64,000 nt of DNA from Paraspadella gotoi (lineage: Eukaryota; Animalia; Chaetognatha). The notes below the pieces were generated by a model. The model was not told where the DNA came from. It did no database searches and saw only the letters and a program-made list of their open reading frames with translations. The stretch covers positions 25,298,051-25,362,050 of the forward strand of contig CM119264.1 of NCBI GenBank assembly GCA_051294375.1. The letters run 5' to 3'. Of the stretch, positions 51,700 through 64,000 are shown one piece after another. The translations under genes and the position numbers were made by a program. Every line of letters starts with the position of its first letter. Position 1 is the stretch's first letter.

Positions 51700-52707
51700 C
51701 TATTTCTTCACAAAGAAGCTAAAATCGGCGAATCGTATTTGTCAAAAATCGAGTGCCATGAACAATTTTATAATAAGTTCTTAGGACCCTATTACAGACA
51801 TATTGGTGATTTTTTGCCCACTAATAAGTCCATAAACCTTTTGGTGCTTGAGAGAATGATACTCAAGCCTTTATTCAAACAATTCTAGCTGGCTGACTAT
51901 TGACTAAGCAATTTCCAAGACTGTTTTTCAGTGCCAAATGGATTATTGGCAAGACGAAGATGGATATTCAGTATTCACTAGAGCGTAATGAAAGTTACGT
52001 ACTAACATTCTAAACATATCATCAGTGAACATTAATTTGTAAAAAAAATAATTTTTTTTTTTTTTAATTCGCAGTAGCAAATATTTAAATATAGTACTAT
52101 CCTTATAAAGTCGAAAATTTATAAAATTGGCTTTTCTTAATTTTTTTTGCAGATTTCAAAAGTTTATGAAAGAAAATATAAATCATTAAGTGGGTTAAAA
52201 ATTTAAAAAAAACATATNNNNNNNNNNNNNNNNNNNNNNNNNNNNNNNNNNNNNNNNNNNNNNNNNNNNNNNNNNNNNNNNNNNNNNNNNNNNNNNNNNN
52301 NNNNNNNNNNNNNNNNNNNNNNNNNNNNNNNNNNNNNNNNNNNNNNNNNNNNNNNNNNNNNNNNNNNNNNNNNNNNNNNNNNNNNNNNNNNNNNNNNNNN
52401 NNNNNNNNNNNNNNNNNNNNNNNNNNNNNNNNNNNNNNNNNNNNNNNNNNATCAACTTTTCATGACAAATGCAAATCTGCAAAAATATTTTTAAAAAAAA
52501 TTGAAATTTTAACATTTATTTAATTATTATTATGTATAATATGGCCTACATAATTTTTTTTTATTGACGTATAGTTTACGTATAATTAATTTTTTTTCTT
52601 TTGTATCAGTCGATTTGGCTCAAGGGTAGAATATCTGAACTGGGAAAATGAGAGATAGAATCGCATCTCTTTAACGTTTCAGCCTTTTTTTGGGGGGATC
52701 ACGCAAT
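51700..52707 (+). pseudogene. Possible degenerate multi-exon coding remnant with weak resemblance to the N-terminal part of a Suv4-20-like SET domain
   Basis: Non-repetitive frames KIGESYLSKIECHEQFYNKFLGPYYRHI, CQMDYWQDEDGYSVFTR and (after acceptor ttgtatcag, ~52609) IWLKGRISEL, ending at a GTGAGT donor (~52708). Contains stops and shifts, and no NHxC motif was found. Confidence 0.15.
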
Positions 52708-53918
52708 GTGAGTTTTGTTATTTTTCTTGTTGTTGTTGTTGTTTTCAGAAAATAAACCGCCAAACAAAAAACATAAAAAAGGCAACTAAAACAAAAAAAC
52801 AATAAAATTGTAAAACGGCGCGCGAACTAATTTTGACTTCAAAAGTCGAAAATGAAAATCGGGAAATTATGTAGGCGGAAGAGAAGCCAGGCGTCTTCTA
52901 AAATTGGCAATGAATGCCAAATGCGGGAGAGTAATATCCATCGTTAACGAAAAGATATCCTCTGCTGCACATTGACAAAGGTATATTATACCCCTGTGGC
53001 AGTAGAGGAAAAGGGATGTTAAATGTATATTATGCTAAAGAAACTTTAAAGATTCTTGGTTTGCATAACTTAATTAGTACAAACAAAGCAATTTGATTAT
53101 CCGAAAGAAAATAAAGCATTGCTTTGGCACGAAACAGATATCCTTCGAGAGAATTTCTTGTTGGAAATTGCGTGACGAAGAGTTATAATTCCTCTTAAAA
53201 AAATATATAAAAATTCCTAACGACGAAAATTAGTCCCCAGCCACGAATCTGGGAACGAAATACAACCCCCGTTACCCGTATNNNNNNNNNNNNNNNNNNN
53301 NNNNNNNNNNNNNNNNNNNNNNNNNNNNNNNNNNNNNNNNNNNNNNNNNNNNNNNNNNNNNNNNNNNNNNNNNNNNNNNNNNNNNNNNNNNNNNNNNNNN
53401 NNNNNNNNNNNNNNNNNNNNNNNNNNNNNNNNNNNNNNNNNNNNNNNNNNNNNNNNNNNNNNNNNNNNNNNNNNNNNNNNNNNNNNNNNNNNNNNNNNNN
53501 NNNNNNNNNNNNNNNNNNNNNNNNNNNNNNNNNNNNNNNNNNNNNNNNNNNNNNNNNNNNNNNNNNNNNNNNNNNNNNNNNNNNNNNNNNNNNNNNNNNN
53601 NTCTTATTCTATTCTTTTTAGCTTCTTTCCTTTGTCTTTACTTAACAACTATTCTTTTTTGTCTTTTTTCGTTGTTTATATTTAATTTNNNNNNNNNNNN
53701 NNNNNNNNNNNNNNNNNNNNNNNNNNNNNNNNNNNNNNNNNNNNNNNNNNNNNNNNNNNNNNNNNNNNNNNNNNNNNNNNNNNNNNNNNNNNNNNNNNNN
53801 NNNNNNNNNNNNNNNNNNNNNNNNNNNNNNNNNNNNNNNNNNNNNNNNNNNNNNNNNNNNNNNNNNNNNNNNNNNNNNNNNNNNNNNNGTTTTCTTTACG
53901 ACTTCTGTTTCTCATCAG

Positions 53919-54052
53919 CCCCTTCAGAGCAGCAGCGGCTTCCGCTGCCGCCGGCGCCGCCGTCTCCGCCGCCGACTCAGCCCCCACCGCAATCACCGTT
54001 TATACGCCACCTCTGCCATCAACTTTCCCCTTCCCACGTTCGTCAACTCTGA
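53919..54052 (+). CDS. Candidate terminal exon, proline-rich (PSEQQRLPLPPAPPSPPPTQPPPQSPFIRHL…*)
   Basis: Acceptor ttctgtttctcatcag| at 53918, followed by a GC-rich open frame ending in TGA at 54052. Confidence 0.33.
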
Positions 54053-54625
54053 TAGAATAAATACTTCGCTTAGAGTTGATGATAAGATATTGACATGATA
54101 TTCCAACGATATTGTAAAATATATCANNNNNNNNNNNNNNNNNNNNNNNNNNNNNNNNNNNNNNNNNNNNNNNNNNNNNNNNNNNNNNNNNNNNNNNNNN
54201 NNNNNNNNNNNNNNNNNNNNNNNNNNNNNNNNNNNNNNNNNNNNNNNNNNNNNGGTCATTTTTTAAAACGACACCGTCTCAGGCGTCTCATATATGCAGT
54301 CGCACACAGTTCTCCTTTCAGCCTTCGCCTTCAAAAACTGTATTTAATTNNNNNNNNNNNNNNNNNNNNNNNNNNNNNNNNNNNNNNNNNNNNNNNNNNN
54401 NNNNNNNNNNNNNNNNNNNNNNNNNNNNNNNNNNNNNNNNNNNNNNNNNNNNNNTCTATGTCTCGCCTTTAATCAACAGCAGGGTCGATTATTTTTTAAA
54501 TACTGTATTTTATTTTTATTTTCAAATATGAAAACAANNNNNNNNNNNNNNNNNNNNNNNNNAAAAATGAAGAAAGTGAGAATGCATACCCTTGTTCTCT
54601 CCGAAGGTTGTGAGTGCGGAAAGCC

Positions 54626-54792
54626 ACGGGAGTAACACCAACAATAGGCGAAGAATTCCCTCCCGGGTGATTCCTCCCCATGGAATATTTCTCCCAACAC
54701 GGGATTTCTCACACACGCCGATCCCCCATGGGATTCCTCCAGCACGGAATTCCTCCCCGCACGGGAATTCTTCAACGTGTGGGAGGAATCCG
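54626..54792. repeat. Degenerate ~17-18-bp repeats (CACGGGAATTCCTCCC-like), last copy inverted
   Basis: gaattccctccc, gattcctccccatgg, cacgggatttctc, catgggattcctcc, cacggaattcctcccc, cacgggaattcttc, then inverted gtgggaggaatcc. Confidence 0.7.
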
Positions 54793-55189
54793 CGCTGGAA
54801 CCCTTTTGACGCATGACACATGAGACAAATGAAAAAATACTAAAATCGAATAATCTTCAAATTTTAGCTTTGTTATGGTTGTGACGAAGAAGTAGCTAAT
54901 TAAATAAAAGAAACGGTTGAAAAAATAAATTACATATAGTATTTTGATTTTTGGTAGAAAAAATGTCTTTAAGTACTATTCAATATACTTTTTTTTTATC
55001 TATTTCCTACACCTGATTAGTTTTTAAATACATTACATTTTTTTTTTCCATAGTGCTTTCAGTGTTTAGTATCGCGCACGGATTTAGATTTTTCCAAGGC
55101 TTTTCATCATCTACAATGTTTTATTTTGAATTATTTACAATTACTTCGTTGATATGTTTTGCAATATTTTGCAACGAATGTGTATTGTT

Positions 55190-55240
55190 ACAAGAGCACA
55201 TGTTTCGGCTCACAGTATCGAGCCTTCATCAGCGCAATAT
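55190..55240 (-). ncRNA. Minimal type I hammerhead ribozyme motif (Penelope-like element / retrozyme type), possibly degenerate
   Basis: Minus strand reads attgcg-CTGATGA-A-GGCTC-gatactgt-GAGCC-GAAAC-ATGT-gctc. It has the catalytic boxes CUGAUGA and GAAA, a perfect 5-bp stem II, and a palindromic ACATGT at stem III. The cleavage triplet reads GUG and stem I is weak. Confidence 0.65.
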
Positions 55241-56907
55241 TTAATATACACTAAATAAATCGACTTTTGGAAAAGAATTTCTCTTCCCCAAAAAAAGAGA
55301 AGAAAATATTGTTAAGAATAAATACCAAAACAATAATTAATTATTTTTTCTATATTTTCCTGGTCTTCTGGACCATTCCTATCGCTGATTGAATTACTTT
55401 TAAGTCCCTTAGATTTTTAATTAGGTCATATTTCAGTATCTCGTTATTATTTGTTATCTCATGATACATGAAAAAAAACTCGAGAAAACTCCAAGAAAAA
55501 AAAAATGTAAATGCTATTACTCAACGAAATCCAATATCTTAGCTTAAACATTAATGATTTTTGTGATCTTACTCAAATCTACACTTTTCCGTATTTATAC
55601 TCTTTATTGTATTTTTATTGTTTTTACTAACTTCTAAATATATGTTTATTAAAATCTTAAGTATATTTGGAATCAATCGATAGAGCAGCAGAGTAGAATA
55701 TAAGAATGAGAACATTAAGTGATTATGGTAAAAACTGGTATTTTAATTACTTGTCTCACGGCATTTGTAAAAACAAATCAATTTTTTAACTTTATTAATA
55801 CCGAGCCATGTATAACAAGTTTATTTTAAGCCGATCTGCTTATCAGCATGTTCCGGCTCTATAATTCACTTTGTCGGTCTGATCGGTCGCCTGCTCATTA
55901 ATTTTGTCATATCATCTCAGAACAATAAAATTAGGATAAATTACACCAAAAAAAAGATGTCCTATGCCTGTCCATCTGTCCGTCCCCCTTAGCTTTAAAC
56001 GCCAAATTACTCATGAGTGAATTTTGTATGTGGGTAGTAAAGTATGCCGAATGAGCAGGAAGTCAGTTTCGATGGAATCGTCAAGTGAAAATTGATTTAA
56101 AATGAAGAAAAAAACCTGTAAATATTATTTGATTATTAATTGATCAATCAATCAATCATTCAATTAATATCGTCGGTGTTATCGTCCGTCGTTGTTTTTT
56201 TATCGGGGTTTAGTGATCTTACAAAAATGACCTAAAAACAGAACAATTTTCGTAAACATATTAATTATTATTTTAAATATTAAGTTAATTTATTAACTTA
56301 ATTAAGTAATAAATTAACTATTAATTACCCGCTAATGATGGTGGCAGCTCCACGGCCATTGTAATTGCTCAAACTGTTTTCTTTAATCTTGAATAACCAA
56401 CGTAAATTTTACTGTAATCAGAAGAAAGTGTACAAGGTTGATTCTTACATTGGATGAAGCCTCGTTTGTCAGTAAAGTAAATTTCGCCTTTTTCAAGTAT
56501 CACTTAACCTCCCAAACGCGCATTTTTTCACACTTTCCACTGGTGGAATAATTTTCTCCAAAAATTCTTATTCTCTTTCTCAGAAACAGTTTTTCATTAA
56601 TACATTTTTGTTCAGTAGTAGTACTAGAAATCTCAACAAATACATTTTCTAAAACGGAATGTCTTAAGTACAACTCACTAGCCCTCAAATTTATTTTTAA
56701 AACTTAAACGAATTTAGGAATGATTATTAAAGAGTTTAGATATTTATAAAGATTATCTATTCCCTTAATAAATAAGATATCTTGACTTTTGACAAGCTAT
56801 GTTGGGTTAAGGCAGGGACCCTGAAGCTTTCAATCAAGAGTTTCTCATGTTTAGTTTATCTTTCACATGCAGCCGTTACCTGGCTTTTCTAATTGAAGTA
56901 TAATTAA

Positions 56908-56949
<42 letters not shown>

Positions 56950-57021
56950 TAATAATAATAATAATAATAATAAAATAATAATAATAATAATATAATAATG
57001 AATAATAATAATAATAATAAT
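56908..57021. repeat. (AAT)n microsatellite
   Basis: Interrupted AAT run, directly visible. Confidence 0.96.
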
Positions 57022-57759
57022 GTTTTAATTGTTATAAAAGGACTTTCTTTACTTCCTGGAAACATGAGGTCTTTCCATATATTTTAATTTATGTCCATTT
57101 TTTTGCCTTACAGTAGTTCCAGTGGTTGTACTCGGACTTTTTCTCTCTCAGTTTCCACCTTTTTTTCCCTTTTTTCTTCTTCTTTCTCTTTCCTTTTTTA
57201 TCAGAATCGTAAGATCCCATTTCGATTCTTAACGATTGAAAAGAAAAGATTACGCCAGAGACTGGCGAGAAATAAGGGGAGAGGAGAGAGAGAAGGAGGA
57301 AGGATGAGAGAGAGGAGGAGAGAGAGGAGGAGAGCAAAGAAAGAGGGAGAGTAGATGGGAAGAAGAGCGGGGAAGAAAGAGCGTAGAGAGAGAGAGAGAA
57401 GAAGAGAGAATAGAGAGAGAGAGAGAGAGGAGAGATGTAGAGAGAGAGAGGAAGAAGAGAAAGAGAGATGAAAGAGTGGCGTTTATTTCGTGGTTGTTCA
57501 CTTCGCCATAGCCGTCTCGTTTTACCTTCAGTCTTTTTCCACCATTTTTTGATTCCTTATTCTCTTTTTCTTTTTTTTTATAATAATTCCATCCTTATTA
57601 TTCTCCTCTGGCTGTTAGATTTCTTCAGCTCCATGACACCTGCTCAATTCCCTTTTTCTAATGCTGATTATACTTATCATATACTTCCTCTATTTCTTCA
57701 CTTTTCTTCTTCTGTTCCTCCTGCGTCATTGAACCGCATCCTCCTCTTCTCTTGCCTCC

Positions 57760-58249
57760 CATAGGAATTCGCATTTAAAACCTGCGTTACAAATCGAGTC
57801 GATTAGAAATGGAATGGGTGGGGGGGAGGGTGGGGGAGAGATGGAAAATAAAAGGTTAACGGTTGTTAAGGTAAAGGGGTTGTTAGAGAATGAGAGAAGG
57901 GAAATATGGAGGAAAGGGGCAAATAGCTCAGTGAAAGCTGGACTGGAAGAATGATATTAAAGAGAGGGAGTACTGAAGATTTGTTAATTGGGGGGAATTA
58001 ATTAATAGCGCAGAGGAAGAATAAGAGTTATTTCACACAGCCAGTACATTAACGACACACATCATAAAATGTGAAATTTCTGAGACAAAGGAACAGAGGA
58101 CAAAAAGACCTTAAAAAAATCAGCGAGCGTGATGTAATAGTCTCCTTTCGACGGGAGAACCCGTCTCGGAAAAACTTGGAGTTGCCTACTTGCACATGAA
58201 TTCAAAGTATGGAAGCGACCTCAGCCACTTTAATTCGTTCTCTTCTCTC

Positions 58250-58280
<31 letters not shown>

Positions 58281-58850
58281 CCCGCTCTACTCTCTCCCTC
58301 TCGTCCACTCGTCTGATCTCTCTCGTTCTTATACATCGGCTCTGTCACACAATCTTTCTCTCTCCACTAAAGAGAAAGTTCTCGAAATGAGTGCTTATTG
58401 TGTCTCAACAAGAGACTATGATCCATTGCATCTCAGTCGCTCGTACTCGTCTGGAATGTCTTTCCTTTCTGTAGAGCGCTCTCCGGAATCTCCTCTCACT
58501 CCACCGACCAATAAATCATTGTTAAAGTTTCCCCTCTCGCCTTATACCCTCGTATTTGCCCTATTCTTTTCACCCATTTATATTTTTAATACCCTCTTAT
58601 TATTAGCTCCTAGGCTTCTCAGATAATTTATTCCCCCATCTTCCTCAATATTTTTCATTTGGTGCAACCTCTTTTTTTTCTTATATTTGTTTTTTAATTA
58701 AAAGGATAGTCTTCTTTTCTATTAATTCTCATACATACTCTCTTTCTAACCATATTATCCTCTCTCTTTTTCTTCCTTACCACATCTCCTATATTTAATA
58801 ATTTTGTGTGGAGAATAAAGGCGTCTTAAGCTGCGGATTTCATTTGCCAT
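57760..58850. repeat. Highly noisy inverted duplication (fold-back), centre ~58270
   Basis: cgagcgtgatgtaatagtctc (58124-58144) matches the reverse complement of ~58412-58443. gggcaaata (57917) matches tatttgccc (58553). attcgcatttaaaac (57767) matches the reverse complement of ~58823-58840. Confidence 0.6.
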
Positions 58851-59019
58851 TAGTTCATTATCAGTCCCTCCATCATTTCCTTGTCTTCCTACTCTGACTT
58901 TCTTTTTCTTTCCGTCACATATCACTCTCTTTTTGCCCCTTAAACAACCATGGCATGGAAATGCATAGCATACCTTTAAGTCCCGAAACCCCCTCTTTTT
59001 TATAGCTTTTTCCATCCTC

Positions 59020-59222
59020 CTTTCCTCCCTCTTTATTTTTCTCTCATCCCCCTTAATCATTCCTACTTGATCGCTCTCTCTCTGTTCGACTCGTCAATGG
59101 CTCAGAATCTACCATTACCGTATACTTTAGATGATTGAAGGTGTGGAAGGTTAATAAAAAGTTTTAGTTGTCAAGGTCTGGACACAACTTACCCTATAAA
59201 AAGAATGTCCCGATAATAAGCC

Positions 59223-59253
<31 letters not shown>

Positions 59254-60060
59254 CGGTATACCTTCGCGGTTTTCAATATCTGTGAAGCTTTGTCTTTAAT
59301 GATTTCTTAACATGAAGGTTTAAGAACGGCCTCTCTCTTTTCGCTTGCCACCTTTATTTTCTTGTTGTGGTGCTTAAGAATGTGAAAATCGTCTTTTCTA
59401 TCTTTGGATGACGCGGAAAACGGGGGCATCCGATATAAATGTTTATTTATGGGGTCAAACCGCGTGATAACTTTGGATGATGAAATGTTTAGTAGTATCT
59501 TTAGATCAGATGCTTGTGCGAGACTTTAAAAAACCCATCTCGAAAGAGATTCACCAATCTCAAACGCTCCCCTCTCCCAGTGCCTTTTCCAATCCTCCCC
59601 CNNNNNNNNNNNNNNNNNNNNNNNNNACTTCTTTTTCCTCCTTCCACTCCATTCGGATATTCCGCATTTATCTTTCATTACATCCTCATTTCCATGTCTC
59701 CTTCTAACTCTTTCTTTTCTTCTACTATCCTCCTTCCTTCTTTTAATCCATTCCTTTCCTTCCTCTTTTATTTCTTCTCTCATCCCCTTTTTCTCTGCCG
59801 CTCTCTCTGTTCGACTCGTCGCGAAACTACCATTACCGTCATCTTTAGAGAAGTGAGTTTTTGTCAAGCGGCTTTGATGGCGGTCGGCGGCGGCGGCGGC
59901 GGCGGCGGCGGCTGCTTTCTAGACGCGGCTCCATTTTCGCGAATCTTTCTCCTTTGATGAGGGAAAACGGAGTGATTGAATGCTTGTGCGAGACTTAAAA
60001 ACCCATTCAGACCCCATCAGCCTTCACCCCTCCCTCCCCCCTCGCCCCCAATCCATCCCT
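59020..60060 (+). repeat. Tandem duplication: insertion-inflated copy (~59020-59600) followed by a compact copy (~59760-60060)
   Basis: Shared anchors ctctctctgttcgactcgtc, ctaccattaccgt, (ggc)n, ggaaaacgg and atgcttgtgcgagactt. Confidence 0.85.
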
Positions 60061-60923
60061 CCAAAAATGGAGAGAAGGATTGGAGGCAGCAGCAGAGAGA
60101 GAGAGTTTAAATCCATTTTCATATCTCTCTCTCTCTCTCTCTCTCTCNNNNNNNNNNNNNNNNNNNNNNNNNNNNNNNNNNNNNNNNNNNNNNNNNNNNN
60201 NNNNNNNNNNNNNNNNNNNNNNNNNNNNNNNNNNNNNNNNNNNNNNNNNNNNNNNNNNNNNNNNNNNNNNNNNNNNNNNNNNNNNNNNNNNNNNNNNNNN
60301 NNNNNNNNNNNNNNNNNNNNNNNNNNNNNNNNNNNNNNNNNNNNNNNNNNNNNNNNACGGCTTTCGCGAAAGAATTCATTGTCGCTGTTTTAAGTTATTC
60401 AGGCAAAGTCTTTGCCAAAGAGGCAGTTTTGTTTATTAGAGAAGGGAGAGAACTAGTCGGGAGTGACAAATTCACCGATAACGAATTGGTTCGTTATTAA
60501 CGAGCAAAAGTTAAAAACGTTATCGTTATTACGTCGGGACTCCTAAATAACATTGCTCTTTAGGATATTTGTTAATTTTTTTTAGATGAATCGCTACAAT
60601 TTTTATCGTTTGGTTTTTTAAATATTTTTTGATATAAATACATAAAATACATTTGTAGTTTTTCCAATTTTGTAAATTGTTTACAATTTCCATGCTTACA
60701 AAAGTCTACATTTAATTTCTTCGACCGTTTCTCCGCGACCATAACTTCTCTAAATTCCATCTCTCTTTCCTCTCTCACATCTTTTTCCGTTCCCCAGGCC
60801 CCACTATGACACGCCCTCTAGGCCCAACAAGGCCCCACTAGCCCGAGGAGAATTATTATCACTACGCTCCCGCATATTGTTCAGAGATTTTCCCCCTTTT
60901 CCCTCTCCCACTTTTTTCAAGTT

Positions 60924-61023
<100 letters not shown>

Positions 61024-61543
61024 ACAGTTCATTTTTTCCTACTGTCATTTAGGCAAGACATTGCAATTATATTTTGTGCATTTCGTTCCTTACCCTTTGG
61101 ATTCTCGATGGTCATCGTTCATTAGTCAATCTCTCATCGTACTTACCTTCATTGACGATTCCTTCTCACAAAATCGTCTTGGATGGAAACGAGGAAATGA
61201 TGGCGCTTGACGCAATCGAGGGCAATCGAGGCCAAGATTCCCCTAATGGTCGCCATGGAAACCGCGTGGAAAATCATCGGATCTTATCTGCGCCATTTTG
61301 GGTCCGAGTTTGGCGGGGAGAGAATGGTTCATTGTTATGAGCGTCGTCGTCGTCGTTTGTGTCGCGACATCTTACGACATCTTGAGGTTTTAGACGTGAA
61401 TCAAGCGGAAAGAAAATGATATTGTCTAATAGACCCATTCAGTTTACCGGTATTAATTCCAATCACTGGAACTATGTTTCAATGTAATGTAATTATATTA
61501 TACAAATTACTTACTAATTTTGCCAAGAAGCAAAAACCTGAGG

Positions 61544-61967
61544 AAATCTCTTAACCATCTTTCGTTTATGAGGAAAGTCAATCGGACTTAAATAAAAAAA
61601 AAATTGCAAAATCATAAACTAAAAATTAGTTAAAAAATAAAATTTAAATTATTTAAAAAAATACATCGACGAAAAAGAAGAAAAATTAGAATATATGACA
61701 ATTTAGTTCAATCACACTTAACGGCCATAAAGGTCACATCGCAATAGAAAAAAAAAATCTCTTAAAATCTTTCTTTAATGAGGAAAAGTCATCGGATTAA
61801 AATAAAAAATTGCAAAATCATAAACTTAAAATTAGTTAAAAAATAAAATTTAAATTATTTAAAAAAATACATCGACGAAAAAGAAGAAAATTAGAATATA
61901 TGACAATTTAGTTCAATCACATACTTAAAACGCCATAAACGGTGCCACAATCGCAATAGAAAAAAAA
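61544..61967 (+). repeat. ~212-bp tandem duplication (2 copies)
   Basis: aaattgcaaaatcataaact…atacatcgacgaaaaagaag…tatgacaatttagttcaatcac…tcgcaatagaaaaaaa occurs twice. Confidence 0.92.
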
Positions 61968-61973
61968 CGGGCG

Positions 61974-62004
<31 letters not shown>

Positions 62005-62103
62005 TGTCATCGTATCACTCGAATCAAAAATATATTTTTTAAAATAAATAGAGACATTAAAGGACAGGGAAAAGAGAAAAAAAATAGAGAGAGAGAGAGA
62101 GAG

Positions 62104-62163
<60 letters not shown>

Positions 62164-62992
62164 TGAGAGAGAGAGAGAGGAGAGAGAGGAGCGGAGAGAA
62201 AAAAAAAGGGTGGGGAATTTGAGTCCTCGTAATTGAAACCGCCAAAACGAGATTTTTACCGTTCGAGCGAAGGTGCGACTGAGTTGATTGGAAGAGAGGG
62301 GAGGTGTGAGATATTGGGGGCAAGTATGGGAAAGCTGTGGTTGGAAACTGTGCACTGACGTGGAGAAAGTGTGGGGCTGGTTAGGGGTTAATATGTGCAG
62401 GTAAGAAAGTGTTAAGTTGGAAAAAGATGTGGTGTTCTGGGAANNNNNNNNNNNNNNNNNNNNNNNNNNNNNNNNNNNNNNNNNNNNNNNNNNNNNNNNN
62501 NNNNNNNNNNNNNNNNNNNNNNNNNNNNNNNNNNNNNNNNNNNNNNNNNGGAAGGCAAGTGTTGTGTGTGATAGGAAAACGTAATAGTGGTGGGTGAAAG
62601 TTTTGCCCCAAGGGAAAATAATGCGGTTGGTAAGGCCTGTAATAAATATAAATGGACCGTTAATTAATGCAGTTCGTAGGGTAAAAATGAAAGCGAACTT
62701 AACGAATGTTTGCCGTCATTTATTTGCGAATTGCGGAGACAATGATCTCACTGGCGAAGGCCTATCGGCTCTTTCTGCCATCAATAGCTGAATTGGAAAG
62801 TCGCTGTAGAATAGAAAGTCGTTTTGACCGTTCTAAAATTCCTGGCGTGCTTTTTACAACATTTAATTAGCAATCAATGCTTTTACATTTTTTTTTAAGT
62901 CAGTGAGTTAAGGTAGAAAACATTAACAAATAACAATACAGTAAATCTGAGTAACATTAAAAAAAAGTTTCGGTATAGAAATATATCTTTAC

Positions 62993-63440
62993 CTTTAAGC
63001 TTAATAAGCTTTTCCCCACCACCCCCCATCCCCATTTCCCCAAACCGGAATCCCCAAACCCGGTCCCCAGCCCTAACGTATCGACTGTCACTCCAACTCT
63101 GGAAAAGTTCGCCTCTTGATCCTGATGAATGGGCGACCCCGACCGAATTTCTGGCGACACGAGCGCCGCTTCTTGGCGTGAGAAGAGGGGGGGGGAGAGG
63201 GGGTTTGGACGTGGTGACGGGGGGTTGGAGGGAGGCAGGAGGAGCGAAGTGAGGGGGTAGAAGATGAAAAACACTGAGTAAAACGTAGTTTTTGGTGAAA
63301 ATGGGAGAGTAAGGCGGAGCCCAAAGCTAAGATTAGATGTTTCCGGTGCCCTGCCGCAGCTGCTGCTGAGAAGTCATCGGCCAACTCCGCTGCCGAGAGC
63401 AAGCAGCGACGGACGCTGTCGCTGCAGCTGCAGCAGTCGC
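62993..63440 (-). CDS. Candidate GC-rich exon of unknown product; reading frame ambiguous
   Basis: Overlapping non-repetitive open frames (62957-63274, 63088-63402) and a donor AAG|GTAAAG at 62993/62992. Confidence 0.3.
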
Positions 63441-64000
63441 CCGCTGTCGGCGATGCCGCGATTTACACCTCAAGATGCCGGCGTTGATTGAAGGACAAAA
63501 TGTCGAAAGAAACAATTAAACCCTCTCGATGAGAGGAGAGGGAGGAAAAAGAAAAAAAAAAAGGAAAGGGGAAAAAGAAAGAAAAGGGACCGGGAAAAGG
63601 CGGAAAAAGAAAAAATAGATAGGAAAATAGGTAAGAGAATAGAGAGAGGTTGAAACAAGGGAAGATAATTGAGGGAGGAATCATTAAAAGAGAAGTATAA
63701 CGAAATAAGAAAAAGAGTGGGAGGAAGAAGGAAGGGCGTAGAAAAAAAAAGTCCAAGGGAAAAATAAACAAAACACAATACAATAAAAAATGCTTAACAA
63801 TTGAAAATAGAGACGCCTTGCTCTCCATCGAACGGTACGGGACGTCTACGAATGGAGAAGCGTAACTTTCGATTCGACGTTTGCAAGAAGAGATGGCGAC
63901 GAAAAAAAAGAAATAAAAAGCCAAGAAATAAGCATTAAAAGAAAAGAAAAAAAGGAAAAAAAAAAAAAGAAAGAAAGGATCGACGGGCGGAAAATGGGCG

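Noticed and set aside
56282-56320. AT-rich palindrome centred on cttaattaag
   Set aside because: Short and almost entirely A/T, so it is expected by chance or slippage in this composition.

Overview
This is eukaryotic DNA, most likely from an invertebrate animal, in a draft assembly. It has dense (GA/CT)n, (GAC)n, (GAT)n and (AAT)n microsatellites, many N runs, and long stretches (roughly 30-48 kb and 57-60 kb) that look like uncorrected, indel-rich long-read sequence. Most ORFs in the supplied track are microsatellite read-throughs. I see no prokaryotic operon, rRNA, tRNA or CRISPR array. Directly visible structure includes fold-back inverted duplications (1.1-3.6 kb, 57.8-58.9 kb), noisy direct duplications, minisatellites of 10, 18, 42, 63 and 69 bp, and a 170-bp near-perfect hairpin. 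A minimal type I hammerhead-ribozyme core of the Penelope/retrozyme kind lies on the minus strand at about 55.2 kb. Read across frameshifts, 43.5-47.9 kb gives a collinear series of Sema/PSI/IPT-like motifs suggesting a plexin/MET-family receptor gene. The region 8-23 kb holds several splice-bounded minus-strand candidate exons encoding a transmembrane segment and/or tyrosine-motif tail, one with three ITIM-consensus motifs. All protein calls are by-eye inferences on error-prone sequence and need homology and RNA-seq confirmation.
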